A stretch of 63,419 nt of DNA, the filler included, from Octopus bimaculoides (taxonomy: Eukaryota): NCBI RefSeq assembly GCF_001194135.2. It is 6 parts of 5 records of this genome, joined end to end, with 100 filler letters (N's around TTAATTAATTAA, not from the genome) between each part and the next. Parts side by side here need not be neighbours in the genome. Positions count along the whole stretch, not along the records: positions 1 to 12,081 come from NW_026407190.1; 5 more parts are not named here. One strand, written 5' to 3'. Position numbers and translations under genes: made by a program. Of the stretch, positions 1 to 11,337 are shown in pieces. The notes under the pieces are model-generated. The model was not told the origin of the DNA and ran no database searches. It was given only the letters and a program-made list of their open reading frames with translations. The stretch's first letter is position 1; each line of letters opens with the position of its first letter.

Positions 1-40
<40 letters not shown>

Positions 41-42
<2 letters not shown>

Positions 43-150
43 GGGGAGAATTCACAAAAAAAACAAAAGACGAAGACAGGTGGTGTAGACAACAAACAGA
101 TGTATTAGTATAATGCTCGGGAAGTGAAAAAGTCTTTAACGTTTCGAGCC
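41..150 (-). mobile_element. Truncated copy of the hammerhead-bearing Penelope-like non-autonomous element (family F)
   Basis: Matches 33362-33556 and 41630-41810. The minus strand keeps GGCTCGAAACGTTAAAGAC, but the CUG core half is lost. Abuts (TA)n. Confidence 0.7.
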
Positions 151-159
151 TATATATAC

Positions 160-235
160 ATATCATCATCATCATCAACATCATCATCCACTGTCTGCTT
201 TTCCATGCTAGTATGGATTGGACAGTGTGACCACA
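160..235 (-). mobile_element. 3' end of RTE-related retroposon
   Basis: Degenerate reverse complement of the GTCCAATCCATGCTAGCATGGAAAGCGGACG...(GAT)n tail seen at 6900-6950. Confidence 0.55.
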
Positions 236-264
236 GCCGTGCTTTTACAAGTGCTTGCGTGTGT

Positions 265-464
265 TTCTGAGTCCGTGTTTGTCTTTGCCACCACTCGATA
301 ACCAGTGTTGGTTTGTTTACGTTGAAGTAACTTACTTAATAAGTACCAAACTTCAAAAAGCAAGCCCTGGGGTTTATCTGTTTGAATAAAAACACATCAT
401 AGCAGTACTCCAGTATGGCCACTGTCCAATGACTGTAGCAAGTAAAAGATAAAAGATAAAAGAT
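265..464 (+). mobile_element. SINE family A, 3' half
   Basis: AATAAGTACC...CTGGGG...CCAGTATGGCCACTGTCCAATGACTG...(AAAGAT)n tail shared with the other family A copies. Confidence 0.7.
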
Positions 465-580
465 TTACACACACACACACATGAATATATATGTATGAAT
501 GTGTACGTACATATATGTATGTGTGTATGTATGTATGCATATGTACATATGCATATATATATATATATATATATATATTA

Positions 581-652
<72 letters not shown>

Positions 653-1373
653 NNNNNNNNNNNNNNNNNNNNNNNNNNNNNNNNNNNNNNNNNNNNNNNN
701 NNNNNNNNNNNNNNNNNNNNNNNNNNNNNNNNNNNNNNNNNNNNNNNNNNNNNNNNNNNNNNNNNNNNNNNNNNNNNNNNNNNNNNNNNNNNNNNNNNNN
801 NNNNNNNNNNNNNNNNNNNNNNNNNNNNNNNNNNNNNNNNNNNNNNNNNNNNNNNNNNNNNNNNNNNNNNNNNNNNNNNNNNNNNNNNNNNNNNNNNNNN
901 NNNNNNNNNNNNNNNNNNNNNNNNNNNNNNNNNNNNNNNNNNNNNNNNNNNNNNNNNNNNNNNNNNNNNNNNNNNNNNNNNNNNNNNNNNNNNNNNNNNN
1001 NNNNNNNNNNNNNNNNNNNNNNNNNNNNNNNNNNNNNNNNNNNNNNNNNNNNNNNNNNNNNNNNNNNNNNNNNNNNNNNNNNNNNNNNNNNNNNNNNNNN
1101 NNNNNNNNNNNNNNNNNNNNNNNNNNNNNNNNNNNNNNNNNNNNNNNNNNNNNNNNNNNNNNNNNNNNNNNNNNNNNNNNNNNNNNNNNNNNNNNNNNNN
1201 NNNNNNNNNNNNNNNNNNNNNNNNNNNNNNNNNNNNNNNNNNNNNNNNNNNNNNNNNNNNNNNNNNNNNNNNNNNNNNNNNNNNNNNNNNNNNNNNNNNN
1301 NNNNNNNNNNNNNNNNNNNNNNNNNNNNNNNNNNNNNNNNNNNNNNNNNNNNNNNNNNNNNNNNNNNNNNNNN

Positions 1374-1406
<33 letters not shown>

Positions 1407-1611
1407 GACACATACATATCTACACATATAAGTACATGAATGTGTGTGTGTGTGTATTAGTGAGTGTGTTAATTCTAACTTAAAATATTTAATGTACTTG
1501 TAGTCAACATTACCTTGGCAACTTTGTGTATGTATATATTATAATTTTAATATTTCAGAGTGTGTGTAATTGGTTGCATATATATGTATACACACACACA
1601 CATATGTATGC

Positions 1612-1663
<52 letters not shown>

Positions 1664-2607
1664 ATAGAAACTCACATCTTCATTTATGTGTGTGTTATGT
1701 ATATGGTACATGTTAAATTTTGTAATATTAATATATTAAAACCTATCTTTATTTTCTACTGACATATTGCTTAGGCTAAGCTTGTCCGTTATTACACCAA
1801 GATACTCACCCCCCCCCCACACACACACACACATAAAAGTAGATATAGATAGATATACAAATACTCATTATATGTATGCATACTTTTATGTATATATGTG
1901 GAGATTTATTTATGTATATGTATATTATATAAATGTATGTGAGAGAGAGAAAGAGGGAGAGTAAGAGAGAGTGTGTTGCCATAGTATTCCTTGGGTGCGT
2001 GGTTATATGTACAGCTACTACTGGTGAGTTGAAAGATCCACATAGAGTATCATTTGGTCTCCACCAAGTATAGTTGTGTGGTTATTACTGTACTTAAGAG
2101 TGTTACTGGTTATGCTATGCAAAGCATTTGATCTGTGTAAAGAAAATGTATTCCCCTGAAAAACTGTTGCTGTTTGACATCCAATTGCACATGGAACATC
2201 CATTGTGGATGACACATATAACAAGAATGAGCAAAAGGACATAAGGGATAAAGGATATAAATAGCATCTTGTGTTTATGATACTTCTATGCATACACACA
2301 TACATACATACACACACACGTACGCATATATTTATATATATATATATATATATACACACACATAACATTTTGACTGCTTCTTCTAGAGTCTAAAATTACC
2401 TGTCATAGGTAGTTTCTCTTGTGTTTAAATGTACACTATTTTAAATTGAGAATATGTTGTCTATTGACTTTTTATACATGCTAGGCCACTGGTAGTGAAA
2501 TTTCTAAAAATATTTGCTACCCTATATATTTTACGTATATATATATATATATATATATATNNNNNNNNNNNNNNNNNATATATCACCATTTTCTATCTGT
2601 CTCTCTC

Positions 2608-2654
<47 letters not shown>

Positions 2655-3029
2655 TTCCTCTTTCTCTTTTTCTTTCACTCATTGCTCCCATGTGATCATT
2701 GTCCATCTTTCCTTTCCTCACATGACTATCTTTCTCTTCCTGCACAGACGTTCAAAGGACTGGAATTTTTTTTCTCTCTCATCTACTTCTACTCTTTTGA
2801 AAGAAAATATTTCTCCCAGCATTCACTATTTTCCTCTCGTTCTGGTCTAACAGCTACGTCTGGACAACAGTTACGTCATGGAGATGTAAGTGGTTTCTAG
2901 ATATCTGGTTACATGTGAAATTGTTTGATAAACCAGTTGTTATAAATTGCTGAACAGGTAATGATTTGACTATGGACCAGCTAAGCCTAAGTTTGCATGT
3001 GTAGTATATCAGTTGCTAATTGCTTAAAG

Positions 3030-3660
3030 TTTATTAACAAGGAATATATCTGGTGACAGCAATAGGATAGATCTGCTTTGCATATACTGCAGGCTGCTGG
3101 GGTATATGCAATTTCTCCTGGAGGTAGAGTTGGAGATTGCAAATTCCAAGTGAGCAAGGAGGGTCCCTGTCATGACTGCTGCATAGGTTATGGAGAAGTC
3201 ATTTCCTGAATCCTGGAGTTTCCAGATGATGTAGGAGCGGGAGGTAGAGTTTTTCTCCTCCATATACCAAAAGGAATGATTGTGTTGTCTAAATTTTTCT
3301 TAGAAATCATTGCCTGTTATGCCATTGTAGTGGTAGGAGTGCACCTCTATAGACAACACTCCTTGAAAGACAGGATATTCCCATTGGGCAGTTGGTAGGA
3401 TTTTGGCAGTCACAAGTTGGAGCATGGAGTGAAACTTGTGGTTTTGTTGTGAGTGTTTATTTTCATTGTATTATGTAATATTCAAAACAAAATTATCTAA
3501 GCATTTTATGGAAATTAAAGAGTTTAAGAGTTCTTGGGAAATGTTATCTATTTAGCCCTCCAAGGAACCTTCAAGCTATATTAGTGGAAGCATCAAAGTT
3601 GAACAAAGGATTAAACCAAGTGATCTTTCTCTTTCGAACTCACTTTAGGCTTGGAGCGAA
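3030..3660 (-). mobile_element. Penelope-like retroelement remnant (RT thumb + GIY-YIG endonuclease)
   Basis: Minus-strand translation across frameshifts: RKRKITWFNPLF..STNIA*RFL..HFPRTLKL; INTHNK; CDCQNPTNCPMGISCLSRSVVY; YHYNGITGNDF*EKFRQHNHSF..NSTSRSYIIWKLQD; CNLQLYLQEKLHI. These match PLE motifs WFNPP, CxCx4CPxxGxC, YIGxT, STxLSxxIWxLK and CxLCLxEK. Confidence 0.85.
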
Positions 3661-3664
3661 AAAA

Positions 3665-4460
3665 TAATTTGAGGAATGAAATAAGAAACCGTTAATAAAA
3701 TATATTCAGATAACAAAAAGATTACATAGATAGATTTAGAAAATATATTTTATTCTTCATTGAATGTCATTTAAAACTCCTGTCAAGCGTACACTTTGTG
3801 AAAGTTAATTTTTAAAAGATAACATTAAATTTAAAAGTTAATGAGTTTTCCCCTTATCATAAACCTAAAAGGCTATTTATTTTTTAATACTCATTCTAAT
3901 CATCTTCTAATAATCTCCATAATTTAATCTTGAATGCTAGCAGACATATATCATCTTTATCCTAAGATGTAATTGCTTTCACAAAAGCATTTAACCGTAG
4001 TGGATATTTTAGATAGGGTAAACTTTATGACACAAAGCTAGAAATAGAAATAGGAAAATTCTGTGATATAATTCAATTTTTTAGCTCTGATGTTTGTACA
4101 AATATAACAAAGGATTTTCTTGAATTAGTCTTACTTCACTTTACCAAATAAAATAGATGCAATAAAATTTTTAATAGAAATTCTATTAACAGTACTTACT
4201 CTTGTTGCAAACATTTTGTCAGATCTGTCTATTTCATTAATGCAAGAACATCTATCAAAGAATTGCATCATATAAAGCAAAAACACTTGGAATTGTATAA
4301 ACACTTCTAACTGTTCACTTATCAAAACCCGCCTTGACAGTCTCTTATTATTTGGTTTAGTGTGCCAATATAAAACTAATGAGAAGTCTGAACCAAATCC
4401 CACATTGGGGCAACAGCAAGTAAATCTAAGCTGGGATATTACTTGCAAAGAGATTCATTC
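3665..4460 (+). mobile_element. Penelope-like retroelement remnant (RT C-terminus, thumb, start of GIY-YIG)
   Basis: Plus-strand translation: IDRFRKYI..KVNF*KITLNLKVNEFSPYHKP; THSNH; SSDVCTNITKDFLELVLLHFTK*NRCNKIFNRNSINSTYSC; KSHIGATASKSKLGYY. These parallel PLE motifs VNFLD, PYxKP, SNHP, TNIGKxFL, KIFNRNxxKxSYSC and YIGxT. Confidence 0.75.
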
Positions 4461-4651
4461 ATCAACCTAAACAGAAAATGTTTGAACCATCTAGATATAT
4501 CATGAGACTGATATATCTTATAGCTTATGACAGTACCAGCACCATCAATATAACTTTATTTATTCTTCCTTTTATGCCTGCTTCTCACTGGTTGTGAAGC
4601 TGTGGTGGGGTTCAAACACAGACATAAAAAAAAAACACACACACACACATA

Positions 4652-4785
4652 AATGACAGGCTTCTTTTAGTTTCTGAATGCACTCACAAGGCTTTGGTCA
4701 GACCAAGGCTATAGCAAAAAACACTTGCCTAAGGTTCCACACAGTGGGACTGAACCCAGAACCATGTGGTTGGAAATTAAGTTTT
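4652..4785 (-). mobile_element. SINE family A, 5' (tRNA-related) half
   Basis: Reverse complement of CCAACCACATGGTTCTGGGTTCAGTCCCACTG...CCAAAGCCTTGTGAGTG, including a B-box-like GGTTCAGTCC. Confidence 0.7.
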
Positions 4786-4884
4786 TCTTTATCACATGCC
4801 TTGTTATCAGCTAGGCATGCTATATCTATGATCCAGCTCTGTTTGTATTCTTCCTCAGTTATCACGTATCTCATTCCCTATTTT

Positions 4885-5205
4885 TATCTTATGGCCACTA
4901 AGTTCCACAAGATCTTTGCATTGTCATTTGACAGCCACTGATGAGTTTACATCTCCATAACTTAGCGCTTCAGCAAAAAGAGACCAATAGAATAAGTACC
5001 AGGCTTTAAAAAATTAGTACTGGAGTTGATATATTCAACTAAAAGTTCTTCAAGGCAGTGCCCCCAGCATGGCCACAGGACAATGATTGAAACAAGTAAA
5101 AGATAAAAGATATACTGGGGTTGATTTGTTCAGCTAAAAACATTCTAAGTGGTGCCCCCAGTATGGCCACAGTCCAATGACTGAAATAAGTAAAAGATAA
5201 AAGAT
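4885..5205 (+). mobile_element. SINE family A, 3' half with duplicated tail
   Basis: The CCCCAGCATGGCCACAG...GAAACAAGTAAAAGATAAAAGATA tail occurs twice (ending about 5112 and 5205). Confidence 0.7.
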
Positions 5206-5455
5206 ATGACAGGTTAGCTTGAGAGGTTAAGTAGTTGTGGACACTGGAAAAAGGTGGTAGTAACCACCAGTAATTGTCAGCACCTTACGACCAGTAAGTA
5301 AAGATCTTGAGAAATACATTGAAGAAATAAGGGGTGTGATACAGGTGGAGAACTTGCAGAGCACAGTACAGCTTGGAACTGGTTGAATACTCAGGAGGGT
5401 GCTTGAAAAATAAAGGGTATTACCTCAATTCACTGGTAGGGATCAGCTGACACCA
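5203..5455 (+). mobile_element. R4/Dong-type (RLE) non-LTR element, ORF C-terminus and 3' UTR
   Basis: RYDRLA*EVK*LW..PVIVSTLRPVSKDLEKYIEEI..LQSTVQLGTG*ILRRVLEK* matches the R4-clade end YxxLAxE..PVIxGALG..LQKxALLGTAxILRxVL. Confidence 0.8.
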
Positions 5456-5975
5456 TTATCATTTTACAATGATGCCTTTGGGGGTTTATGTTCATAACAT
5501 TTTTCTGCTCAATCAAGTCCATACTTATTGCAAAAATGCTCAATAGACTGTCCTTGCTATATTACCATGTTGCCTTTTATATTCCTTCTGAGCCAGCAGT
5601 GTACATTGACCAGTAATATGCCATACAGTTTCACCATTCTCTCCACAAATTCTGCACTTATTGCTTTCTACTGTGTTGTCCATTCTATATTTGATGTAAT
5701 TAATCCTTAATGCTTGCTCTTGAGTAGCAACAGAATAAAACTTCCGTTTCCAGTTTTAAATCACTTTCAGCCATCCATAACCACCTTTTTTTCTTTGTCC
5801 GTCCCATCTTCAATATCTCTATGGAATTCTCCAGGCATTCATTCTTTTCTCGATCCATCTATTTTCACTTTCATTCATCCTCAAAAGCTTGCACTGCATT
5901 TTATCTTTGCAATCTTCAATTGTGCACAGGACTGACCTTCTTACCACCAACAATAGTGATTCTATGGCATTTAAA
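5456..5975 (-). mobile_element. R4/Dong-type non-LTR element, CCHC zinc-knuckle region
   Basis: Minus strand: WLWMAESDLKLETE; ATQEQALRINYIKYRMDNTVESNKCRICGENGETVWHITGQCTLLAQKEYKRQHGNIAR. This has an intact CxxC-x8-H-x4-C motif and a degenerate RHD. Confidence 0.9.
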
Positions 5976-6005
5976 AGCATAAATAAATAAATAAATAATA
6001 ATAAC

Positions 6006-6006
<1 letters not shown>

Positions 6007-6068
<62 letters not shown>
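6007..6068. repeat. (AGT)n microsatellite
   Basis: Pure tandem AGT; source of the poly-L and poly-T ORFs. Confidence 0.95.
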
Positions 6069-6069
<1 letters not shown>

Positions 6070-6519
6070 ATAATAGCAATCATCATCATCATCATTATTA
6101 TTGCACTATATATTCCATTAATTGTTTTGTCAATTTCTGATCTTGTTTCAGTCTTTCTGTTTTTTTTTGTTTTTTTCATAACACAGTATTTCATAGTATT
6201 TGAGCATCATTAGCATTTTCTTAATTGCCACAAATACCTGTAATTAATGTAATTAAATTGCACCATTATTTTATTTCATTCTACCTCAGTTCATTTGCTT
6301 TTTTCAGTTGATTTCATCTTGGCATATGAATCCAATTCGAATATTTTTTTTGTTCATTTAATCACTTATTTGACATTAACATACACCCAATCCAATCAAT
6401 GCACTTTGCTTTCATTGCATAAATACCCATAACCATATTTTATTGTTTCATTATTTAAACTTGGTTTGAAGATTGGCAACGAGAAACTTGGAGTCGACCA
6501 AAATTTTTAAGTCCTGGTT

Positions 6520-6950
6520 TAACTGTCCGAGCGTGATCGTTGCCAGAGCACCAGCTGCCTGGCTTCCATGCCGGTGGCACGTAAATAGCACCATTTGAGC
6601 ATGACCGTTACCAATGTCGTCTTCCTGGCACTTGTGCCAGTGACACGTGAAAAGACATTCGAGCGAGTTCGCTGCCAGTCCCGCTGGACTGACTCCTGTG
6701 CAGGTGGCACGTAAAATACATCATTTTGAGCGTGGCCGTTGCCAGTACCCCATGACTGGCCTTCGTGCCAGTGGCACGTAAAAGCACCCACTACACTCTC
6801 TGAGTGGTTGGCGTTAGGAAGGTCATCCAGCTGTAGAAACTCTGCCAAATCAAATTGGAGCCTGGTGTAGCCATCTGTTTCACCAGTCCTCAGTCAAATC
6901 GTCCAATCCATGCTAGCATGGAAAGCGGACGTTAAACGATGATGATGATA
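6520..6950 (+). mobile_element. RTE-related non-autonomous retroposon with four ~66-bp internal repeats
   Basis: Units starting TGCC(G/A)GTGGCACGTAAA at 6569, 6635, 6699 and 6766, then TTGGCGTTAGGAAGG..CATCCAGCTGTAGAAAC and a GGACGTTAAAC(GAT)n tail. RTE affinity is inferred from recalled motifs. Confidence 0.7.
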
Positions 6951-6972
6951 TTTGATTCTCTGTTTTTAATAT

Positions 6973-7176
6973 TGGTTTTGAATTTTGGCACAAGGCCAGC
7001 AATTCTGGTGGAGGAGTAATCGATTATATTGACCACCACACTCAACTTTCTGGACATCAAAAGGACAAAAGGTAAAGCAGGCTTCAACAGAATTTGAACT
7101 CAGAATGTAAGGGTGGATGAAATGCTGCGAAGTATTTTGCCTGGTGTGCTAACAATTCTGCCAGCTTGTCGCCTTA
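6973..7176 (-). mobile_element. SINE family B (tRNA-related head)
   Basis: Reverse complement of AAGGCGACAAGCTGGCAGAATTGTTAGC...TTCTGAGTTCAAATTC...GGCCTTGTGCCAAAATTC; homologous to 43065-43281. Confidence 0.8.
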
Positions 7177-7503
7177 AGTATGAATGGCAAAGTCTACTTT
7201 TGTAACGAAACTATGGCATGCAGAGTGAAGTTGCTCGGCACAGATTGACCTTAAAATCTGCTGTGCTTGTGCACTAAATTTTAACATTCTAGCTTGCTTC
7301 TCCTGTTTACAGCAGTGCTTGGAAGGAAGGTGTGTAGCGTGTGATTGTCGCATTGAACATGACAGAAAAAGTTGTCAGGGTGATACCTCCTCAGAGGTCT
7401 ATATATATGCATGTACGTGTGTATATATACATATATACATATGTATGTATGTATATATATATATATATATATACATATATATATGTATATATATATGTAT
7501 ATA

Positions 7504-7546
<43 letters not shown>

Positions 7547-8216
7547 NNNNNNNNNNNNNNNNNNNNNNNNNNNNNNNNNNNNNNNNNNNNNNNNNNNNNN
7601 NNNNNNNNNNNNNNNNNNNNNNNNNNNNNNNNNNNNNNNNNNNNNNNNNNNNNNNNNNNNNNNNNNNNNNNNNNNNNNNNNNNNNNNNNNNNNNNNNNNN
7701 NNNNNNNNNNNNNNNNNNNNNNNNNNNNNNNNNNNNNNNNNNNNNNNNNNNNNNNNNNNNNNNNNNNNNNNNNNNNNNNNNNNNNNNNNNNNNNNNNNNN
7801 NNNNNNNNNNNNNNNNNNNNNNNNNNNNNNNNNNNNNNNNNNNNNNNNNNNNNNNNNNNNNNNNNNNNNNNNNNNNNNNNNNNNNNNNNNNNNNNNNNNN
7901 NNNNNNNNNNNTATATATATATATATATATATATATCATCGTTTATATACATATGCATTAATATAAATAAATTTATGTATATGTTTGTACGTGTGTGTGT
8001 GTGTGTATATATATATGTGCATGGATGTATTTCTATATATATATGGATGTCTATACAGATATATACACACACATATATACATACAGACTGAGAGAAGGAG
8101 AGAAAGATAGATGTAAGGAGAGAAATTAATATAACATAAAAGTCTATAAATACATTTGTATATATGTATATATACATATATATACCTGTGTATATATGTA
8201 TATGCATATATATATC

Positions 8217-8258
<42 letters not shown>

Positions 8259-9782
8259 AATATATATATATATATACATACATATATATAAATATATACA
8301 TATTTATATATATACATATATATAAGTATATATTTATTTACATATATACATATATATACATATATATATATAAATATATAAATATTTACATATATATATA
8401 TATATATATCTATGTACATTTATTTGCAAATATATATTTATATATATATATATATATATATACATACATATATACATTTTTATATTCACACACACACACG
8501 TTCATGTGTGTGTATAGTCATTAAACACACAATTCCTATACAACCTAAAACCAAAACACACGCGTGCACACGCACACACACACAAACACCAGTCTCTTGA
8601 AAACAAGCTAGTCAGCCATCTTATAATGAATTGTCGTTGTTATCGTCTATAGAACCTAACAACAGCTGCCTAAGTATTCTCTAGGAAAGTACAAGAGAGA
8701 CACTTTGTTTCTAGTGGTGGTGGTGTTCGGTAGCGCGGGTGGTTGGTGTTGGGGTGGCAGTGGGGGTGGTTGTGGTGGTGATGGTGGTGGGCGTTAGCAA
8801 CGACAGTGGTAGTTGTCGTGGTCGTGGTGGCATTGTTGTTGGTGTTGGTGGGTGTTAAGGGTGTTAGGGGTGGCAGTGGTAGCAGTGGTGGTGGTGGTGG
8901 TGGTGGTCGTCGTCGTCGTCATTGTCATGACAGCAGTGGTGTCTGTGGAAATAATGGTGTAGGAAGTGTGTAAGAAATGGTGACGCACACACACATACAG
9001 AGACACACACACATACAGAGGCACACGCACACATATGCATTTGTTAGGGTCTTTGTGGATTTAGGTGTTGTTNNNNNNNNNNNNNNNNNNNNNNNNNNNN
9101 NNNNNNNNNNNNNNNNNNNNNNNNNNNNNNNNNNNNNNNNNNNNNNNNNNNNNNNNNNNNNNNNNNNNNNNNNNNNNNNNNNNNNNNNNNNNNNNNNNNN
9201 NNNNNNNNNNNNNNNNNNNNNNNNNNNNNNNNNNNNNNNNNNNNNNNNNNNNNNNNNNNNNNNNNNNNNNNNNNNNNNNNNNNNNNNNNNNNNNNNNNNN
9301 NNNNNNNNNNNNNNNNNNNNNNNNNNNNNNNNNNNNNNNNNNNNNNNNNNNNNNNNNNNNNNNNNNNNNNNNNNNNNNNNNNNNNNNNNNNNNNNNNNNN
9401 NNNNNNNNNNNNNNNNNNNNNNNNNNNNNNNNNNNNNNNNNNNNNNNNNNNNNNNNNNNNNNNNNNNNNNNNNNNNNNNNNNNNNNNNNNNNNNNNNNNN
9501 NNNNNNNNNNNNNNNNNNNNNNNNNNNNNNNNNNNNNNNNNNNNNNNNNNNNNNNNNNNNNNNNNNNNNNNNNNNNNNNNNNNNNNNNNNNNNNNNNNNN
9601 NNNNNNNNNNNNNNNNNNNNNNNNNNNNNNNNNNNNNNNNNNNNNNNNNNNNNNNNNNNNNNNNNNNNNNNNNNNNNNNNNNNNNNNNNNNNNNNNNNNN
9701 NNNNNNNNNNNNNNNNNNNNNNNNNNNNNNNNNNNNNNNNNNNNNNNNNNNNNNNNNNNNNNNNNNNNNNNNNNNATATATT

Positions 9783-10546
9783 TATAGGGTGCGATGGGTA
9801 AATTGTCGCAATTTCATATTTTTAATTTTGTGCATGCGCATTCTTTGTTTTTTATTTTGTCGACTACACATTATAGTAGGGTCAGTTCGGCACCCTCTGT
9901 GAGAAAAACAGCACCATGATGCAATTCATTCTGCCAGAAATTTGGAAACGACATGCTGTAATGCTTGGCATTCATGCCATAAGCTAAAATACGAACATTT
10001 CAGAGTGTTTGGGTGTCAATCTGAGGACATGTACCAAGAGTGATAAAAATCAAACATCCAGTCAACATCATGGTGTTTGGAGTGATCACTAGTGATGGCA
10101 ACGTTATGCATCCATTCATCTCACACAACCTCAGACTCAACATGGAGGCCTACATCAAGTGTCTGGAGGAGGTAGTGCTGCCCTGGATCAAGAGAGTGGC
10201 TGCTGGATGACCCTATGTCTGGCAACAGGACCCTGCATCATGCCACACAAGCAAGAGAACCCAGTCATGGCTGTCAGACAATTTCTGCAACTACATCACC
10301 CCTAACATCTGGCCACCTAACTCTCCAAACTGCAACCTCCTTGATTATTACGTATGGGGCGCAGTTGAGTGACAGACTAACAAAACTTGTAATGCCAAAG
10401 ATGAACTGAAGGTAAGGATTATGGCAGCATTCACCAACTTAAACAAGGAGACCATCGAGAAGAGCTGCAAGAGATTCCCAAGTCACCTGGATGCCATGGT
10501 TGAAGCCAATGGCGATTTTATTGAATAAATTTACTCTTTACTATTT
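9783..10546 (+). mobile_element. Internally deleted maT (DD37D) Tc1/mariner transposon
   Basis: TA + TAGGGTGCG end. N-terminus MMQFILPEIWKRH..NLRT (9916-10029) is fused to VPRVIKIKHPVNIMVFG..QQD-37aa-D(YYVWGAVE)..GDFIE* (10031-10528), with premature stops in both segments. Right end lost at a gap. Confidence 0.9.
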
Positions 10547-10670
10547 NNNNNNNNNNTTCTTTTACTTGTTTCAGTATATATATATATATTTAGTCATCTA
10601 AATGTCCCATAAGTCAGGAAAAAGATGAACTCATATATCTGTCAATAGAGTGGGTATATTACTCGCAATG

Positions 10671-10812
10671 TACAGTATTATATATATTCATCATGGCTGA
10701 TCTTACCAATCGGTTTCATGCCAGGAGTACATCTGATGAGCGTATGTAATACTCTGTTGTACCCCTGGTGCGAAACTGATCAGTAAGATCAGCTGTGATA
10801 TATAATACTGTA
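10671..10812. mobile_element. MITE with ~56-bp imperfect TIRs and TA flanks
   Basis: TACAGTATTATATAT..GCTGATCTTACCAATCGGTTTC..CCAGGAGTACA pairs with TGTACCCCTGG..GAAACTGATCAGTAAGATCAGCTG..ATATATAATACTGTA. Confidence 0.8.
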
Positions 10813-10924
10813 CACTTCAGATAATATACATATATATATGATATACATTCACACACACACACACCACACACACACACACACACATATATATATTGACACA
10901 TGCATACGTCAAGATCACCAGCAT

Positions 10925-10955
<31 letters not shown>

Positions 10956-11145
10956 TACACACAGCTCCTCGTTCTTTGGTCACCGTTCTTTCTTCCCTCT
11001 TTTGTTATCTCCCCTTTTTCTTAGCTCTCCTGCGTGAACTTTCTGAACTTCCTGTCCACAGAAGCCATGACAGAAGCCATGATAGATCGCTGACCAAACC
11101 ATTCAATTTTTTTTCTCCGTGTTTTTCTCCTTGTTTTCTCCGTAA

Positions 11146-11182
11146 TCTTTCTGTTGAAGAGCGTAGCTCGAAACGTTAAAGA
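11146..11182 (+). ncRNA. Minimal type I hammerhead-like motif (core CUGUUGA, GUU site)
   Basis: TCTTT-CTGTTGA-A-GAGC-GTA-GCTC-GAAAC-GTT-AAAGA gives stem I UCUUU/AAAGA and stem II GAGC/GCUC. Confidence 0.55.
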
Positions 11183-11300
11183 CTTTCTGTATTCCCGAGC
11201 ATCAAAGTAATACATCCTTTTGTTGTTTACACCACCTGTCCTCGTCTGTTGTTGTTTTTTAATCGCTGACCAAACACCATTCAATTTTTTTTCTCCGTAT

Positions 11301-11337
11301 TCTTTCTGTTGAAGATCGTAGCTCGAAACGTTAAAGA
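11301..11337 (+). ncRNA. Second hammerhead-like motif of the dimer (stem II mismatch)
   Basis: TCTTT-CTGTTGA-A-GATC-GTA-GCTC-GAAAC-GTT-AAAGA. Confidence 0.45.

Noticed and set aside
397-1483. Long ORFs (up to ~420 aa) here and at most other gaps
   Set aside because: Made of N runs plus (TA)/(CA)/(GT) microsatellites; no coding information.
1985-2023. 39-nt segment ending in a GTGAGT donor (IPWVRGYMYSYY frame)
   Set aside because: The acceptor lacks a pyrimidine tract, the sequence resembles a recalled octopus repeat and no protein match is recognisable.
4200-4251. Apparent minus-strand exon CSCINEIDRSDKMFATR with GTAAGT donor
   Set aside because: It is the antisense of the Penelope-like thumb region on the plus strand.
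6569-6800. CRISPR-like repeat array
   Set aside because: Eukaryotic context, degenerate contiguous units without unique spacers and no cas genes.
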